Shown in pieces: positions 10,662 through 21,715 of a stretch of DNA of 64,000 nucleotides. A program made the translations under genes and the position numbers. Every line of letters starts with the position of its first letter. The stretch's first letter is position 1. Under the pieces are notes generated by a model, which saw nothing but the letters and a program-made list of their open reading frames with translations, was not told where the DNA came from and searched no databases. Source of the stretch: Candidatus Kapaibacterium sp. (lineage in GTDB: Bacteria > Bacteroidota > Ignavibacteria > Kapaibacteriales > UBA2268). The stretch is from contig OY761611.1 of assembly GCA_963664875.1 (NCBI GenBank), forward strand, positions 512,001 to 576,000, read 5' to 3'.

Positions 10662-10672
10662 GGCTTGCACTC

Positions 10673-10717
10673 AAAAAAAATAAAAAAAGGCGATTCAAGT
10701 ATAACTTAATATCGCCT
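10673..10717 (-). terminator. Intrinsic terminator after sucC
   Basis: AGGCGAT...ATCGCCT stem with inner AAGT/ACTT and an A-run on the left (T-run on minus). Confidence 0.75.
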
Positions 10718-10738
10718 ATTTTCCAAATATTTGAGCTA

Positions 10739-11977
10739 TTATTTTTTTATAGCTTTGGCAACTAACGCTGCAGCCTGCTCAAAGTTTTCGGCTACTTCAA
10801 ATTTCATTCCTGAATTGCGTAGTGTTTCAGCTCCTTCTTTGGCATTTGTACCGTCAAGTCTTACGATAACCGGCAAAGTTATTTCTATATTTTGCAATGC
10901 CTGAACTATCCCATCGGCTACTTTGTCACATCGAACGATTCCACCAAATATATTTATCAGAACTGCTTCTACGTTAGAATCACTTAACATAATTCGGAAA
11001 GCATTTGCAATTCTTTCAACATTTGCTCCACCACCAACATCTAAGAAGTTAGCAGGTTCGCCACCTGAAAGTTTAATCATATCCATGGTAGCCATAGCAA
11101 GCCCGGCACCATTGACCATACAGCCAACATTACCATCTAATTTGATATAATTCAAATCGAATTTTGAAGCTTCCACCTCTAAAGGAGATTCTTCAGCTTC
11201 ATCTCTTAAATGAACGAAATCAGGATGTCTGTAAAGTGCATTATCATCAAAATTTACTTTAGCATCTAATGCTATCATTTTTTGATCTTCTGTAAGTACT
11301 AACGGATTTATCTCCATTAGAGAACAATCCATTGCTTCATAGGCTCGCACAAGGTTATTTATAAAAGGCAAAAAGCTTTTTAGTGCTTCACCTTCGAGTC
11401 CTAAACCAAATGCCAATCTACGGGCTTGATAGGCTTGAAAACCAATTTTTGGATCTATAGTTTCTTTGATTATCAAATGAGGTGTTTCTTCAGCAACTTT
11501 TTCGATTTCGACACCTCCCTCGGTAGAAACCATAACTGTATTTTTACCTGATTGGCGATCTAACACAATACCTGCATAAAACTCTTTAGAAATTGCTACA
11601 CCTTCTTCTATCAATAGTCTATTAACTATGCTACCTTCTTCTCCGGTCTGAATAGTAACTAACTTATTGCCCAACATTGCATCTGCATATTGATGGATTT
11701 TATCTGCAAGGTTTTCACCTTTTATCAGATTAACGCCTTTAACTTCTTTATCATCAATAATTTTAGCATCATTTGTTTCAGCATCAAAAATAGTTCCTTT
11801 GCCTCTACCACCGGCATGCACTTGAGCTTTGATTACTACAAGTTTGTGCCCCTTAGCTTCAAACTCATCAAAACCAACTTTTCCTGCGTCATAAGCAGAA
11901 AACACTACCTGATTGAAGAGTACTGGAACATTATACTTTTTTAGCAGGTCTTTAGCCTGATATTCATGGATTTTCAT
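10739..11977 (-). CDS. sucC: Succinyl-CoA synthetase beta subunit
   Basis: MKIHEYQAK start at 11977, KAQVHAGGRGK, EINPL, NGAGLAMATMD, NFLDVGGGA, NIFGGIVRCD. Confidence 0.97.
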   Translation of the reverse strand: MKIHEYQAKDLLKKYNVPVLFNQVVFSAYDAGKVGFDEFEAKGHKLVVIKAQVHAGGRGKGTIFDAETNDAKIIDDKEVKGVNLIKGENLADKIHQYADAMLGNKLVTIQTGEEGSIVNRLLIEEGVAISKEFYAGIVLDRQSGKNTVMVSTEGGVEIEKVAEETPHLIIKETIDPKIGFQAYQARRLAFGLGLEGEALKSFLPFINNLVRAYEAMDCSLMEINPLVLTEDQKMIALDAKVNFDDNALYRHPDFVHLRDEAEESPLEVEASKFDLNYIKLDGNVGCMVNGAGLAMATMDMIKLSGGEPANFLDVGGGANVERIANAFRIMLSDSNVEAVLINIFGGIVRCDKVADGIVQALQNIEITLPVIVRLDGTNAKEGAETLRNSGMKFEVAENFEQAAALVAKAIKK

Positions 11978-12177
11978 ATTGTTTCCGCTATGTATGATAA
12001 ATTTCTGTTTAACTATCATAGTTCTAATCGAATCCAACCGAATTTTATTTTATATACGTGAATAGCTTTTGAATACTTTTTTTGTTTTTATAGAGCTAAT
12101 AACAAATTTATGCTTTCGTAGATTTTTTGTACTTTTGTATAAAGAATGATAATTAGGCAATAAAATACTGCAAGGAA

Positions 12178-13875
12178 TTGATAATGGCTCAAGAATTGAA
12201 TGCAACGGAAAACAAGCCTGTTTCCAACTTTATTCGTACCATCATAGATAAAGATCTTGAAACTAACAAATACGAAGGGAGAGTGCACACTCGCTTCCCA
12301 CCCGAACCTAATGGTTATTTGCATATAGGACATGCAAAATCTATTTGTTTGAATTTTGGCATTTCTATAGATTACAAAGGTTTGTGCAATCTTCGTTTTG
12401 ACGATACAAATCCTGTAAAAGAAGATGTCGAATATGTAGATTCTATTCAAGAAGATGTCAGATGGCTTGGTTTTGATTGGGATAACAGAATGTATTATGC
12501 ATCTGACTATTTTGATCAGCTTTTTGAGCATGCCATTACTTTGATAAAAAAAGGTAAAGCTTATGTTGATGATCTTACTGCCGAAGAAATTAGACAATAC
12601 AGAGGCACATTGAAAGAACCGGGTAAAGAATCTCCGTACAGGAATCGCTCTGTAGAAGAAAACCTTCAATTATTTATGGACATGAAAGAAGGTGTTTACG
12701 AAGATGGAAGCAAAGTACTTAGAGCAAAAATAGATATGGCTTCTCCTAATTTGAATATGAGAGACCCGGTTGTTTACCGCATCAAAAAAGCTCATCACCA
12801 TAGAACCGGTGATAAATGGTGTATTTATCCAATGTACGATTTTACTCATTGTGTTTCCGATTCAATAGAAACAATCACACATTCTCTTTGTACTTTAGAA
12901 TTTGAAGATCATAGACCTCTTTATGATTGGTTTTTGATAGAATTAGATTTATACAGACCTCAACAAATCGAATTTGCAAGATTAAACTTGTCTTATACAG
13001 TACTAAGCAAAAGAAAACTATTACAATTAGTCCAGGAAAAACATGTTTCAGGTTGGGACGATCCTCGTATGCCTACAATCAGCGGCATTAGAAGACGCGG
13101 CTATACTCCGGAATCTATTAGAGTTTTTGCTGATAAAATCGGTGTTGCAAAAGCAGATAGCGTTGTTGATCTTGCTTTGCTTGAAAGTTGCATTAGAGAA
13201 GATTTGAATAAATCAGCAAACAGGATTATGGGAGTGCTTGACCCATTAAAAGTTACAATTACTAATTTCCCTGATAATGAAACTGTATGGGTAGATGCTG
13301 TCAACAATCCTGAAGATGAAACTGCAGGTACTCGTTTGGTTCCTTTTACTAAAGAACTATATATTGAAAAAGAAGATTTTATGGAAAATCCTCCTAAAAA
13401 GTTTTTTAGACTCTCTCCGGGAACTGAAGTTAGATTGAGATATGGATTTTTTATTACCTGCAATGAAGTAGTCAAAGATGAAAACGGCGAAGTAATAGAA
13501 TTGAAATGTTCTTACGATCCTGCATCTAAAGGTGGAAACTCACCGGACGGAAGAAAAGTAAAAGCAACATTGCACTGGGTTTCTGCCGAACATGCTGTTC
13601 CATGTAAAGTTCGATTATACGATAATCTGTTTATGGTGGAAAATCCTAATAAAGTTGAAGAAGGCAAAACATTTCTAGATAATATCAATCCAGATTCTTT
13701 GTCAGAAATAACAGGATTTTTGGAACCATCTGTAAAAGAAGGGAAAGTAGGCTCAAAATACCAATTCGAAAGATTAGGTTATTTTGCAATCGACAAAGAC
13801 ACTACAGATGAAACTATTGTTTTCAATAGAACTGTAACGCTCAAAGACACTTGGAAAAAAATCCAAAACAGATAA
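12178..13875 (+). CDS. glnS: Glutamine--tRNA ligase
   Basis: [51 protein letters not shown]; probable ATG at 12184. Confidence 0.97.
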   Translation: MIMAQELNATENKPVSNFIRTIIDKDLETNKYEGRVHTRFPPEPNGYLHIGHAKSICLNFGISIDYKGLCNLRFDDTNPVKEDVEYVDSIQEDVRWLGFDWDNRMYYASDYFDQLFEHAITLIKKGKAYVDDLTAEEIRQYRGTLKEPGKESPYRNRSVEENLQLFMDMKEGVYEDGSKVLRAKIDMASPNLNMRDPVVYRIKKAHHHRTGDKWCIYPMYDFTHCVSDSIETITHSLCTLEFEDHRPLYDWFLIELDLYRPQQIEFARLNLSYTVLSKRKLLQLVQEKHVSGWDDPRMPTISGIRRRGYTPESIRVFADKIGVAKADSVVDLALLESCIREDLNKSANRIMGVLDPLKVTITNFPDNETVWVDAVNNPEDETAGTRLVPFTKELYIEKEDFMENPPKKFFRLSPGTEVRLRYGFFITCNEVVKDENGEVIELKCSYDPASKGGNSPDGRKVKATLHWVSAEHAVPCKVRLYDNLFMVENPNKVEEGKTFLDNINPDSLSEITGFLEPSVKEGKVGSKYQFERLGYFAIDKDTTDETIVFNRTVTLKDTWKKIQNR

Positions 13876-13884
13876 GAAATATTT

Positions 13885-13914
13885 AGAGGAGTAATCGGTT
13901 TTACTCCTCTTTTT
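13885..13914 (+). terminator. Intrinsic terminator after glnS
   Basis: Perfect 10-bp stem AGAGGAGTAA/TTACTCCTCT followed by a T-run. Confidence 0.85.
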
Positions 13915-13924
13915 ATTTAAACAG

Positions 13925-13957
13925 AAAAAAGAAACCTATTTAATAGATTTCTTTTTT
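13925..13957 (-). terminator. AT-rich hairpin downstream of tRNA-Ser, possible terminator
   Basis: AAAAAAGAAA.CTATT / AATAG.TTTCTTTTTT inverted repeat. Confidence 0.5.
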
Positions 13958-13961
13958 ATTG

Positions 13962-14048
13962 CAGAAAGAAGGGGATTCGAACCCCTGATACCGTTGCCGG
14001 TATACTCGCTTTCCAGGCGAGCCAGTTCAACCACTCCTGCACCTTTCT
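13962..14048 (-). tRNA. tRNA-Ser (anticodon GGA)
   Basis: Minus strand AGAAAGG...GGAGTGG...CTCGC-CT-GGA-AA-GCGAG, long variable arm, GGTTCGAATCC T-loop, TCTTTCT-G; 87 nt; CCA not encoded. Confidence 0.96.
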
Positions 14049-14154
14049 ATGATTTCAAATATACAATATTTATAGAAAACAAACAAATCCCAAAATTTGA
14101 TTTTTGGCACAATATTTTTAGTATCTTTGTATAATCATTACTCTTAATATTGCC

Positions 14155-15201
14155 ATGAACAGACGTAATTTCATAAAATCTATAGCATATACGACAATTG
14201 CTGGTGCAGTTGCCACTAAAAGTGTCAAATCACAATCTTTATCTTTTAACAACAACACTTCTACAAAATATTTTAAACCTGAAGGTTTGAAAGAAGGAGA
14301 TAAAGTAGCAATTGTTTCTCCGGCAAGCCCTACAAGTATGTGGTCGGTGCATAAATGTGCCAATTACTTCAGAAGGTTAGGGATTGAAGTAGAACACAGC
14401 CCTTCCGTCAGCGGACAGAAAAATCAACATAATTATTTTTCTGCTCCTGATGAAGACAGAGCAAAAGAATTTATGGATTATATTAAAAGAAAAGATATTA
14501 AGGCACTCATCGCTGCTCGGGGCGGCTATGGTTCACCAAGGATTTTAAACCTATTAGACTATAATGTGATAAAAGAAAATCCCAAAATTATTCTGGGTTA
14601 TTCTGATATTACTGCTCTTTTAAATGCGATCACTCATCAAACTGGCATGATTACTTATCACGGACCGGTTGCATCATCAGAGTTTTCAGGAATTGAAGGC
14701 GATTCATTACAAAGGTGTATATTCCAGTCTTCTGAAGATAAAACTTACGCAATTAAGGACAGCCAAATGTGGTCGTTGGTTCCCGGAAAAGCAAGCGGTG
14801 AAATTGTCGGAGGTAATTTGTCTATTATTACAGGTCTTTTAGGAACACCTTACGATATAGATTTTACCGGCAAAATTGTTGCTTTAGAGGAAACAAGAGA
14901 GGCACAATACAAAATAGATAAAATGCTTACTCAATTAGTTCTATCCGGCAAACTGCATAGTGCTGCCGGTATTATACTCGGGCAATTCAATAATTTGAAT
15001 TCACGTCGTCCGTTTTTTCCTAATCGCTCTCTAACTGTGAAAGAAATTCTTGACCAACTGATTAAGCCGATAGGAAAACCAACTATTTACGGTGTCCCTT
15101 TTGGTCATATAGATAACCAATACACCCTCCCTATTGGTGGAATGGCAACTATAGACGCTATAAACAAAAGTGTTTATCTTGAGGATAGTTATGTAGTATA
15201 A
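14155..15201 (+). CDS. LD-carboxypeptidase (peptidase S66) with Tat signal peptide
   Basis: MNRRNFIK twin-arginine; ARGGYG, GYSDIT (Ser), GGNL, LEE (Glu), FGH (His), TLPIG. Confidence 0.93.
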   Translation: MNRRNFIKSIAYTTIAGAVATKSVKSQSLSFNNNTSTKYFKPEGLKEGDKVAIVSPASPTSMWSVHKCANYFRRLGIEVEHSPSVSGQKNQHNYFSAPDEDRAKEFMDYIKRKDIKALIAARGGYGSPRILNLLDYNVIKENPKIILGYSDITALLNAITHQTGMITYHGPVASSEFSGIEGDSLQRCIFQSSEDKTYAIKDSQMWSLVPGKASGEIVGGNLSIITGLLGTPYDIDFTGKIVALEETREAQYKIDKMLTQLVLSGKLHSAAGIILGQFNNLNSRRPFFPNRSLTVKEILDQLIKPIGKPTIYGVPFGHIDNQYTLPIGGMATIDAINKSVYLEDSYVV

Positions 15202-15225
15202 GAATATTGATTGTAGCTTTTTTTA

Positions 15226-16530
15226 TTAGCTATTATTCTCAACATATATTATGCCTTTAGCAACATTTACTTTGATTAAAAGTATTATACCAAGAATGAA
15301 GAATAATACTAAGGACAATATAGCAAACCTATAAGAACCGGAAAACTGCAGTGAAAGTCCAAATAGTAAAGGACCTAACCAACTTGTCCCCCTTTCTGAA
15401 ACTTCATAAAGACTGAAGTATTCAGCTTCTTTGTTTTTTGGTATTAGTTTTGAATAAAGTGAACGACTGAGAGCTTGTGTTCCTCCCATGACCAAGCCAA
15501 CAACTATGCCCAGTATATAAAATCCGGTTGCATCATACAATCCAACATAAGCATAGGTTATAGCTGCGAGCCAAATGAAAAGGGTAATCATCAAGGATAC
15601 TTTAGTGTTTGTTTTAGCAGCGATATAATTGAATAATATTGCTCCGCCGAAAGCAACAAATTGAACAATCAGAATTACTTGTGTTAACACTGAAATATCT
15701 AAGCCAAGTTCTTCTTGTCCAAATTGGGAAGATAAAGCGATAACAGCTTGAACTCCATCATTATAAAGCAAATATGCTAAAAGAAAAGTCAATGTTATCG
15801 GATATTTTTTTGCCTCAGTGAATGTTGTCTTCAGTTCTCTGAAACCGATATTCCACAAACTACTTTCTTTAGGAATATTTCTGGTTGCATTCCTTTTTTT
15901 TAGCCAAAACATTGGGAATAATGAGAATATTGCCCACCAAATACCTGCGGAGCACAGATTGATTCGAATAGCCATACCTGTTGACAAACCCAAACTTTCT
16001 GCTTGAGAAAACAACATTAGGTTTAAGAACAATAAAATTCCCCCCCCTAAATAACCGGTCGCCCAACCAAGAGATGAAACAGAATCCCGTTCATCTTTTT
16101 CCGAAATGTCATTTAGATATGCATTATACATAACCATAGAAATTCCAAATGCTAAATTTGCAATGACAAAGAGAAATCCGCCAAGAAGATAATTATTTCC
16201 CTCAAGAAAAAACATCCCCATAGTAGCAAATGAGCCTAAGTATGAAAATATTGCAAGCAAAGCTTTCTTTTGGTTTGTGTAATCCGCTACGGCTCCTAAA
16301 AGAGGAAGAAAAAGCACTTGAAGCAAAACAGAAAAAGAAACTACATAGGGAAAATAGGAACCATAATAGATATGCATGCCCAATAAGTTCAAATTGCCAT
16401 TTACATCTGCAGCATTTTCAGCTATTGATGTAAGATAAGGACCAATGAAAACCGTTACAACTGTTGCCGAAAAGGCAGAAATTGCCCAATCGTACATGTA
16501 CCATCCTATTCTTTCTTTTCTGTTACTCAT
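15226..16530 (-). CDS. MFS transporter, UMF1/Atg22-like family
   Basis: GWYMYDWA.SAF, VSSLGWATGYLGG, GGTQALSRSLY, EYFSLY; about 12 hydrophobic segments. Confidence 0.9.
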   Translation of the reverse strand: MSNRKERIGWYMYDWAISAFSATVVTVFIGPYLTSIAENAADVNGNLNLLGMHIYYGSYFPYVVSFSVLLQVLFLPLLGAVADYTNQKKALLAIFSYLGSFATMGMFFLEGNNYLLGGFLFVIANLAFGISMVMYNAYLNDISEKDERDSVSSLGWATGYLGGGILLFLNLMLFSQAESLGLSTGMAIRINLCSAGIWWAIFSLFPMFWLKKRNATRNIPKESSLWNIGFRELKTTFTEAKKYPITLTFLLAYLLYNDGVQAVIALSSQFGQEELGLDISVLTQVILIVQFVAFGGAILFNYIAAKTNTKVSLMITLFIWLAAITYAYVGLYDATGFYILGIVVGLVMGGTQALSRSLYSKLIPKNKEAEYFSLYEVSERGTSWLGPLLFGLSLQFSGSYRFAILSLVLFFILGIILLIKVNVAKGIIYVENNS

Positions 16531-16560
16531 CTGTTTTCCGTTTATAGTTTTAGCAAAAAT

Positions 16561-16594
16561 AAAAAAAAGCAGAATGAAAATATTCTGCTTTTTT
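16561..16594 (-). terminator. Intrinsic (potentially bidirectional) terminator after the aldehyde dehydrogenase
   Basis: AAAAAAGCAGAAT/ATTCTGCTTTTTT inverted repeat. Confidence 0.8.
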
Positions 16595-16635
16595 GTCTTA
16601 ACTAAATTTTGACACTCTGTTATATTGCGAAGACA

Positions 16636-18069
16636 TCATATTTGGTAGTTTTTAATTACAATTAGTTTTTCTTCTGTCATATCATTTATAGAGTATTTGA
16701 CACCACCAACATGTAATCCGGAATCTTTAGCACCGCCAAAAGGCATCCAATCCACCCTAAATGCAGTATGGTCATTGATTATGCAAGCTTTAGTTTCAAT
16801 AGTTTTTGCATAGTACATTGCAGTATCTATATCTTGCGTAAATATTGAAGTCTGAAATGAAAACTCTGTTCTGTTGACAGTCCTAATAACATCTTCCAAA
16901 TCATTGTATCGTATAACTGAAACTACTGGTCCAAAAATCTCTTTGTTATAAACCTTCATAGATGGTGCTACATTTTCGAGAATTGTAGGAATATAGCAAC
17001 TAACATTATGTCTATGACCACCTTTTCTAAGTTTCGCACCTTGGCTAATGGCTTCCATTATCCAATCATCAACCCTATCAAGTTCGCTTTTATTGATTAT
17101 AGGACCTACGTCAGTAGAGTTATCAGTAGGATCGCCTGTCTTTAAAGCTCCCACCTGTTCTGCAAACTCTTCTAAAAATTCTGAATATATGGACTCATGC
17201 ACATATATGTTTTGAGTAGAAACACAAACTTGCCCAGCGTGGTAAAAGCTACCTTTTACTAATGCAGGTATTGCTCTGTCCAATCTTGCGAGTCTATCTA
17301 CTGCACACACAGCAGTGCCACCATGCTCTAATTCGAGACGGACTCCGGGTTTGATTATACGCTGTAAATTCCAACCTACTTCCGCACTACCAATGAAAGT
17401 AATAAATCTAATCCGCGAATCAGTAACAAGTTTCTCGGTTTCTTTTCCGGGTACGACGAGTAAACTAATAACCCCATCTGCTAAACCAGCCTTTTTAAAG
17501 AAATCTACAATCTTAATTGCAGAGACAGGAGTTTGGCTTGCAGGTTTAACAATGACTGTGTTACCGGCTGCAAACGCTGTTGCTACTTGGTGACAGATAA
17601 GATTTACAGGATGATTAAATGCAGAAATAGCAAGTACAGGGCCAACACCTTGCTTAATTGTATAAGCAGTATGATTTTCACTACCTTTAGCTCTATCCAT
17701 TGTTATCTGTTCGCCATTCAAACGGAGAGCCTCTTCAGCAGACATCCTTGTTGTATTCACGGCTCGCAAAACTTCTACTCGTGCGTCTTTGATTGGTTTG
17801 CCACCCTCCAAAGCAATAGTCATTGCAAGGTCTTCAACATTTTTTTCAATCAGGTCTGCTACCTTTCTTAATATTTGAGCTCTCTCCCAAGCCGGCTTTT
17901 TTTTCATTGTATGCTCAAAATGGAATTGAGCATTCTGTAAAGCTTGCTCTATAGTCTCATCATTACCTTTTTCAATCATAGCAACGGGTTTAAAATCATA
18001 AGGCGATTTTATTTCAGTCCAGTCATTAGTAGGTTTTGCATTATGCACTCGCAAAGAGTATTTTTCCAT
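16636..18069 (-). CDS. NAD(P)-dependent aldehyde dehydrogenase
   Basis: AFNHPVN, KPASQTP, FIGS..VG, LEHGG (Glu), GQVCVS (Cys), EIFGPV, MPFGG. Confidence 0.93.
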   Translation of the reverse strand: MEKYSLRVHNAKPTNDWTEIKSPYDFKPVAMIEKGNDETIEQALQNAQFHFEHTMKKKPAWERAQILRKVADLIEKNVEDLAMTIALEGGKPIKDARVEVLRAVNTTRMSAEEALRLNGEQITMDRAKGSENHTAYTIKQGVGPVLAISAFNHPVNLICHQVATAFAAGNTVIVKPASQTPVSAIKIVDFFKKAGLADGVISLLVVPGKETEKLVTDSRIRFITFIGSAEVGWNLQRIIKPGVRLELEHGGTAVCAVDRLARLDRAIPALVKGSFYHAGQVCVSTQNIYVHESIYSEFLEEFAEQVGALKTGDPTDNSTDVGPIINKSELDRVDDWIMEAISQGAKLRKGGHRHNVSCYIPTILENVAPSMKVYNKEIFGPVVSVIRYNDLEDVIRTVNRTEFSFQTSIFTQDIDTAMYYAKTIETKACIINDHTAFRVDWMPFGGAKDSGLHVGGVKYSINDMTEEKLIVIKNYQI

Positions 18070-18188
18070 ATCTCTACCCTGATTATTTCAATCTGCAAAA
18101 TTCGGTCATTGATAATATAAATTTAAAACCTTTCAGCAAAGAATGCAACAAATATATTTTTTTTCGGTATAAAGCAGATATCTATTAT

Positions 18189-18196
18189 TATATTTG
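18189..18196 (+). promoter_or_regulatory. Bacteroidota-type -7 promoter element TATATTTG
   Basis: Matches TAnnTTTG, 4 nt before ATG 18201. Confidence 0.45.
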
Positions 18197-18200
18197 CGTT

Positions 18201-20180
18201 ATGAAATACAGACATATCATATTTATTCTCTTTTGCTTTTTAGCATTGAATCTACAATCGCAAGATACTGATACTACAATGCACAAAGACAGTAAAGAAA
18301 CTATAGAAGTAGCTATTCCTGATAGTTTACTTTCCATTCCTCTTAATTTGCACGGGAAGCTTCAAAACTTTGGATCTATCCCTTCATATATATTGAATAA
18401 AAAAGATTTACAGACAATCGTTTATCGTGATTTTAGTGATATTTTATACTCTAAGCTGCCGGTATATAAATTGTCATTAGGAAATTTTGGGATGTTCAAT
18501 TCGATTTATTATTTAGGTTTGATGCCAAATAACATAGATTATTCTCACAATGGCAGATCAATTTTAGACAAAAACTTTTTATCTCTTAATCTCTCGCAGA
18601 TTTCTCACGAGGATTTTGAAAATCTTGAGTTTATTGAAGGTTTTGAAGCTGTTGTCTTATCTCCACTTGGTTCAAATGTTTTGATTAATACTCAAGAAAA
18701 AATATTCAATACCAAAAATCCATATACGCGTCTGTGGTTTTCACAGGCAGGATTTGGGCATTTAGCATCTGACGGAATTTATAGTGCTAATTTTGCACCA
18801 AATTGGAATTTTACTTTTGGATACAAAGGGCAAACCGCACAAGGGCAGTTTGACAATGATTATTTTTCTTTTTGGAACGTTCGGCTGCGTTTAAGATGGA
18901 ACCCTTCTAACAAGACATCAATATCGTTAAATGATAACTTTACGAACCATAAGTCCGGCATTTCAGGTGGCATGAACGAAAAAACAAGCATAGACGGCTC
19001 AGGAAATATTTATCTTTATAGCCCAATCTATGCAAATCAAAACTTGACGGATGCATTAGAGAGAAACTACAGACACAATGTTGATTTGAATGTGACTTCT
19101 GACTTGAGCGACGATTCGACTTCCATACTCAACGCAGGATTATATTTCTCGAATATTCTATGGCGTTTCGAAGCTCCTAAAGAAGAGAGGATAGACACAA
19201 ATTCAAATGAAATAAATGAGTTTAGAATAAACCAATTTGGGTTATTTTCTAAATATGCTTTCCGTTATTTAGACTTTGTTCAAATAAATATTGGCGGAGA
19301 GCTTTCATATCACAATATTCCTGCAAGTGATGCTTGGGATAGCTATAAGAATGCTGAATATTCTGTGTTTGGTCTTGCTAATCTGTTTATTTCGGATGAT
19401 ATTCAATTATCAGGTGGTTTAAGACAAGCATATCTTCTTGATAATTTAAACGTTTCCTTTGGTTCGAAACTCTTGTATAATATCAATGACTTCTCAAATT
19501 CGTTTTTAGATTTTTCTTATACTGAGCAGTCACCTTCTCCGGCTCAAGGATTAGACTTGAACAAAGCTGATATTACCAGCTTCCTTTTTGCGTATAATTA
19601 TCACATTCCGGCGTACTTTATAGAAACAAAGCTTGCTTTCAGAGTATTCAATTCTCCAATAATTTCAAAGGCTGTTTACAGAGAAGAAACTATAGTAAGT
19701 GCTTATTCTTTCAATGGGGATAACAAAAATATTATTTCGGGAAGTTTGAGTACAGGAATAAATATGCAACCTGACTTTATGGGAGATTCTGATTTATTAA
19801 CTCTGTTAATGGTTTTAAATTACGATAAAGACAACAGCAATTACAAAACAGTACCGGAATATCAAGTTAATCTTGGAGCTAAGTATGATTTTACAATCGG
19901 AAGAAGTAAACTTTTTTCCGGTATAAACATCTCCTTCTTGCCTCCTTTTACCGGGCTTAGATATATCCCACAAAAGAGAGTATATGCGATATTAGATACT
20001 CCAACCGAAACAAAATTCAAGTTTAATGGCATAGATGCCTATGTTATTCTCAAACTTGGTTCTGCTTATGTAAAACTTGCCATGGACAATATTATGGGAC
20101 AGGAATATTATTATGTTCCATATTATCCTGCACTACAAAGAAATTTTAATCTATCATTTGCCTGGACTTTTTTGGATTAG
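18201..20180 (+). CDS. Outer-membrane beta-barrel protein with plug-like N-terminus (putative porin / TonB-receptor-like)
   Basis: Signal peptide from MKYRHIIFILF (ATG 18201, not 18036), alternating aromatic strands, C-terminal FNLSFAWTFLD. Confidence 0.75.
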   Translation: MKYRHIIFILFCFLALNLQSQDTDTTMHKDSKETIEVAIPDSLLSIPLNLHGKLQNFGSIPSYILNKKDLQTIVYRDFSDILYSKLPVYKLSLGNFGMFNSIYYLGLMPNNIDYSHNGRSILDKNFLSLNLSQISHEDFENLEFIEGFEAVVLSPLGSNVLINTQEKIFNTKNPYTRLWFSQAGFGHLASDGIYSANFAPNWNFTFGYKGQTAQGQFDNDYFSFWNVRLRLRWNPSNKTSISLNDNFTNHKSGISGGMNEKTSIDGSGNIYLYSPIYANQNLTDALERNYRHNVDLNVTSDLSDDSTSILNAGLYFSNILWRFEAPKEERIDTNSNEINEFRINQFGLFSKYAFRYLDFVQINIGGELSYHNIPASDAWDSYKNAEYSVFGLANLFISDDIQLSGGLRQAYLLDNLNVSFGSKLLYNINDFSNSFLDFSYTEQSPSPAQGLDLNKADITSFLFAYNYHIPAYFIETKLAFRVFNSPIISKAVYREETIVSAYSFNGDNKNIISGSLSTGINMQPDFMGDSDLLTLLMVLNYDKDNSNYKTVPEYQVNLGAKYDFTIGRSKLFSGINISFLPPFTGLRYIPQKRVYAILDTPTETKFKFNGIDAYVILKLGSAYVKLAMDNIMGQEYYYVPYYPALQRNFNLSFAWTFLD

Positions 20181-20192
20181 CAATACAATATT

Positions 20193-20208
20193 AGGCATAC
20201 AATTTGCA
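20193..20208 (+). promoter_or_regulatory. Sigma54-like -24/-12 promoter
   Basis: AGGCATACAATTTGCA has exact GG-N10-GC spacing with TTGC, in the 39-nt intergenic gap. Confidence 0.5.
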
Positions 20209-20219
20209 TCTATCATAGT

Positions 20220-21713
20220 ATGATAAAATATTTGTACTTAATATTGCTGATTCTTATTTTAAATTCGTGCGTAGAAATCCCGAATGAATTGGTCATGCCC
20301 GAATGGGATGTTGAAGTAAATTTGCCAATTACTGACAGATTTTACAACATTGATAGTCTCCTAAAGGATAGCGAGTATGGGCAAATAGAAAAAATTGGCA
20401 ATTATTATATTTATTCGTTTTATAGTGATACACTTCGATACGTAAATGGTATCTCTTCTTTCTTAGAAAATAAATTAGATTTCGAATTTATAAATTACTC
20501 ATTTCCTTTATCATCTGGTTCAATAACCATTAATATCCCTCTTCCAGATAGTATTTATATCGAAAGCTTAAAATTCCTTTCCGGGTCTTTTACTTTAGAT
20601 ATTCTTAATATGTCTGACAAAGATTTTACTTATTCCTTTTCATTTAACGACTTTACGAATTCAGGCAATAAGATTACATTTAATTCCAACATTGCAAATT
20701 ATGAAAGCAAGCAACATCATCTCTCTTTAGAAAATGTATTATTTTCTCCAACTCAAAAAAACAACATTACTCTAAAACTTGAAGCAGAAGGTAATTTCAT
20801 TTCAAATCAAGATTCTGCAAGAATATCGTTTAAACTTAAAAATACAATGATTGAATATGTCAATGGAATTCTTCCACCTACATACATCAAAGACATATCA
20901 GAATCTATAAGCATTGATTTAGATGAAAGACTTGATGATTTCCGTAACAATATTAAAATTGCAGGTGCAGAGCTCTTTCTCGAATCTAAATATATATCAA
21001 ATTACCCTAATTCGCCTGAAGTGCTGCTATCACAGCTAAATATCAATGGTTATTATAACTCAGAGATTTTGAACTTTGAAGAGAATTCAAATCCTAATTT
21101 GAATGACTTATATTTAGAGAATAAAAGTCTCATCAAAAGCTATAATGAGCAAAATTCAAATATTAACAGCTTCCTTTCCTATTTACCTAATCGCATAGAA
21201 TTCAAAGGTAATTGTTTGATAAATCCAAAAAACAAAATGCTTGAGGCATCAATTGAGGATTCTATATCTGTCTTAGCCTTTATTAAAGCTCCTCTTAGTC
21301 TGAGCATTGATACAATATCGATTAGAGACACAATAGAACACGATATAGGATCAGAAAAAGAAAATTTGAGCAATGCTAATAAAGCAACTTTGTTTTCAAA
21401 AATTATAAATGGTCTCCCTTTGCAGATTCATTCTGATATTTCTATTGTAGATGAAAACTATAATAATGTAGTAAATAAAACAATCAATCTCAGCTCAGCT
21501 CAAATTATAAACGAATTCGAGTATTTAGCATCATCAAACGACATTGAGATTGAATTGGATTCTGCAGATCTTGATAGAATTAGCAAAAGCTTTTTCGTCA
21601 TTTATAATCTGCAAATCATCGGACAAGGTAATGAGGTTAACTATTTCAAAGCAAGTGATGGAATTGATATCAAGTCCTATCTTAAAGTTGATTATCGGTT
21701 CAAGGAAGATTAG
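20220..21713 (+). CDS. Hypothetical beta-rich lipoprotein
   Basis: Lipobox LNSC, then P..WD..V..P; N/S/I-rich. Confidence 0.75.
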   Translation: MIKYLYLILLILILNSCVEIPNELVMPEWDVEVNLPITDRFYNIDSLLKDSEYGQIEKIGNYYIYSFYSDTLRYVNGISSFLENKLDFEFINYSFPLSSGSITINIPLPDSIYIESLKFLSGSFTLDILNMSDKDFTYSFSFNDFTNSGNKITFNSNIANYESKQHHLSLENVLFSPTQKNNITLKLEAEGNFISNQDSARISFKLKNTMIEYVNGILPPTYIKDISESISIDLDERLDDFRNNIKIAGAELFLESKYISNYPNSPEVLLSQLNINGYYNSEILNFEENSNPNLNDLYLENKSLIKSYNEQNSNINSFLSYLPNRIEFKGNCLINPKNKMLEASIEDSISVLAFIKAPLSLSIDTISIRDTIEHDIGSEKENLSNANKATLFSKIINGLPLQIHSDISIVDENYNNVVNKTINLSSAQIINEFEYLASSNDIEIELDSADLDRISKSFFVIYNLQIIGQGNEVNYFKASDGIDIKSYLKVDYRFKED

Positions 21714-21715
21714 AT

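Noticed and set aside
13962-14048. tRNA-Ser as an integration site
   Set aside because: No adjacent integrase and no duplicated tRNA 3' end noticed; the neighbours are housekeeping genes.
14105-14120. TGGCAC upstream of the LD-carboxypeptidase as a sigma54 promoter
   Set aside because: The -12 position reads TT rather than GC, and a TATCTTTG housekeeping-type element lies just downstream.
18036-18200. ORF-track N-terminal extensions (also for sucC, the PorV-like gene, the CTD protein and the PAS kinase)
   Set aside because: They overlap neighbours or precede clear signal peptides or conserved N-termini, so downstream ATGs were used.
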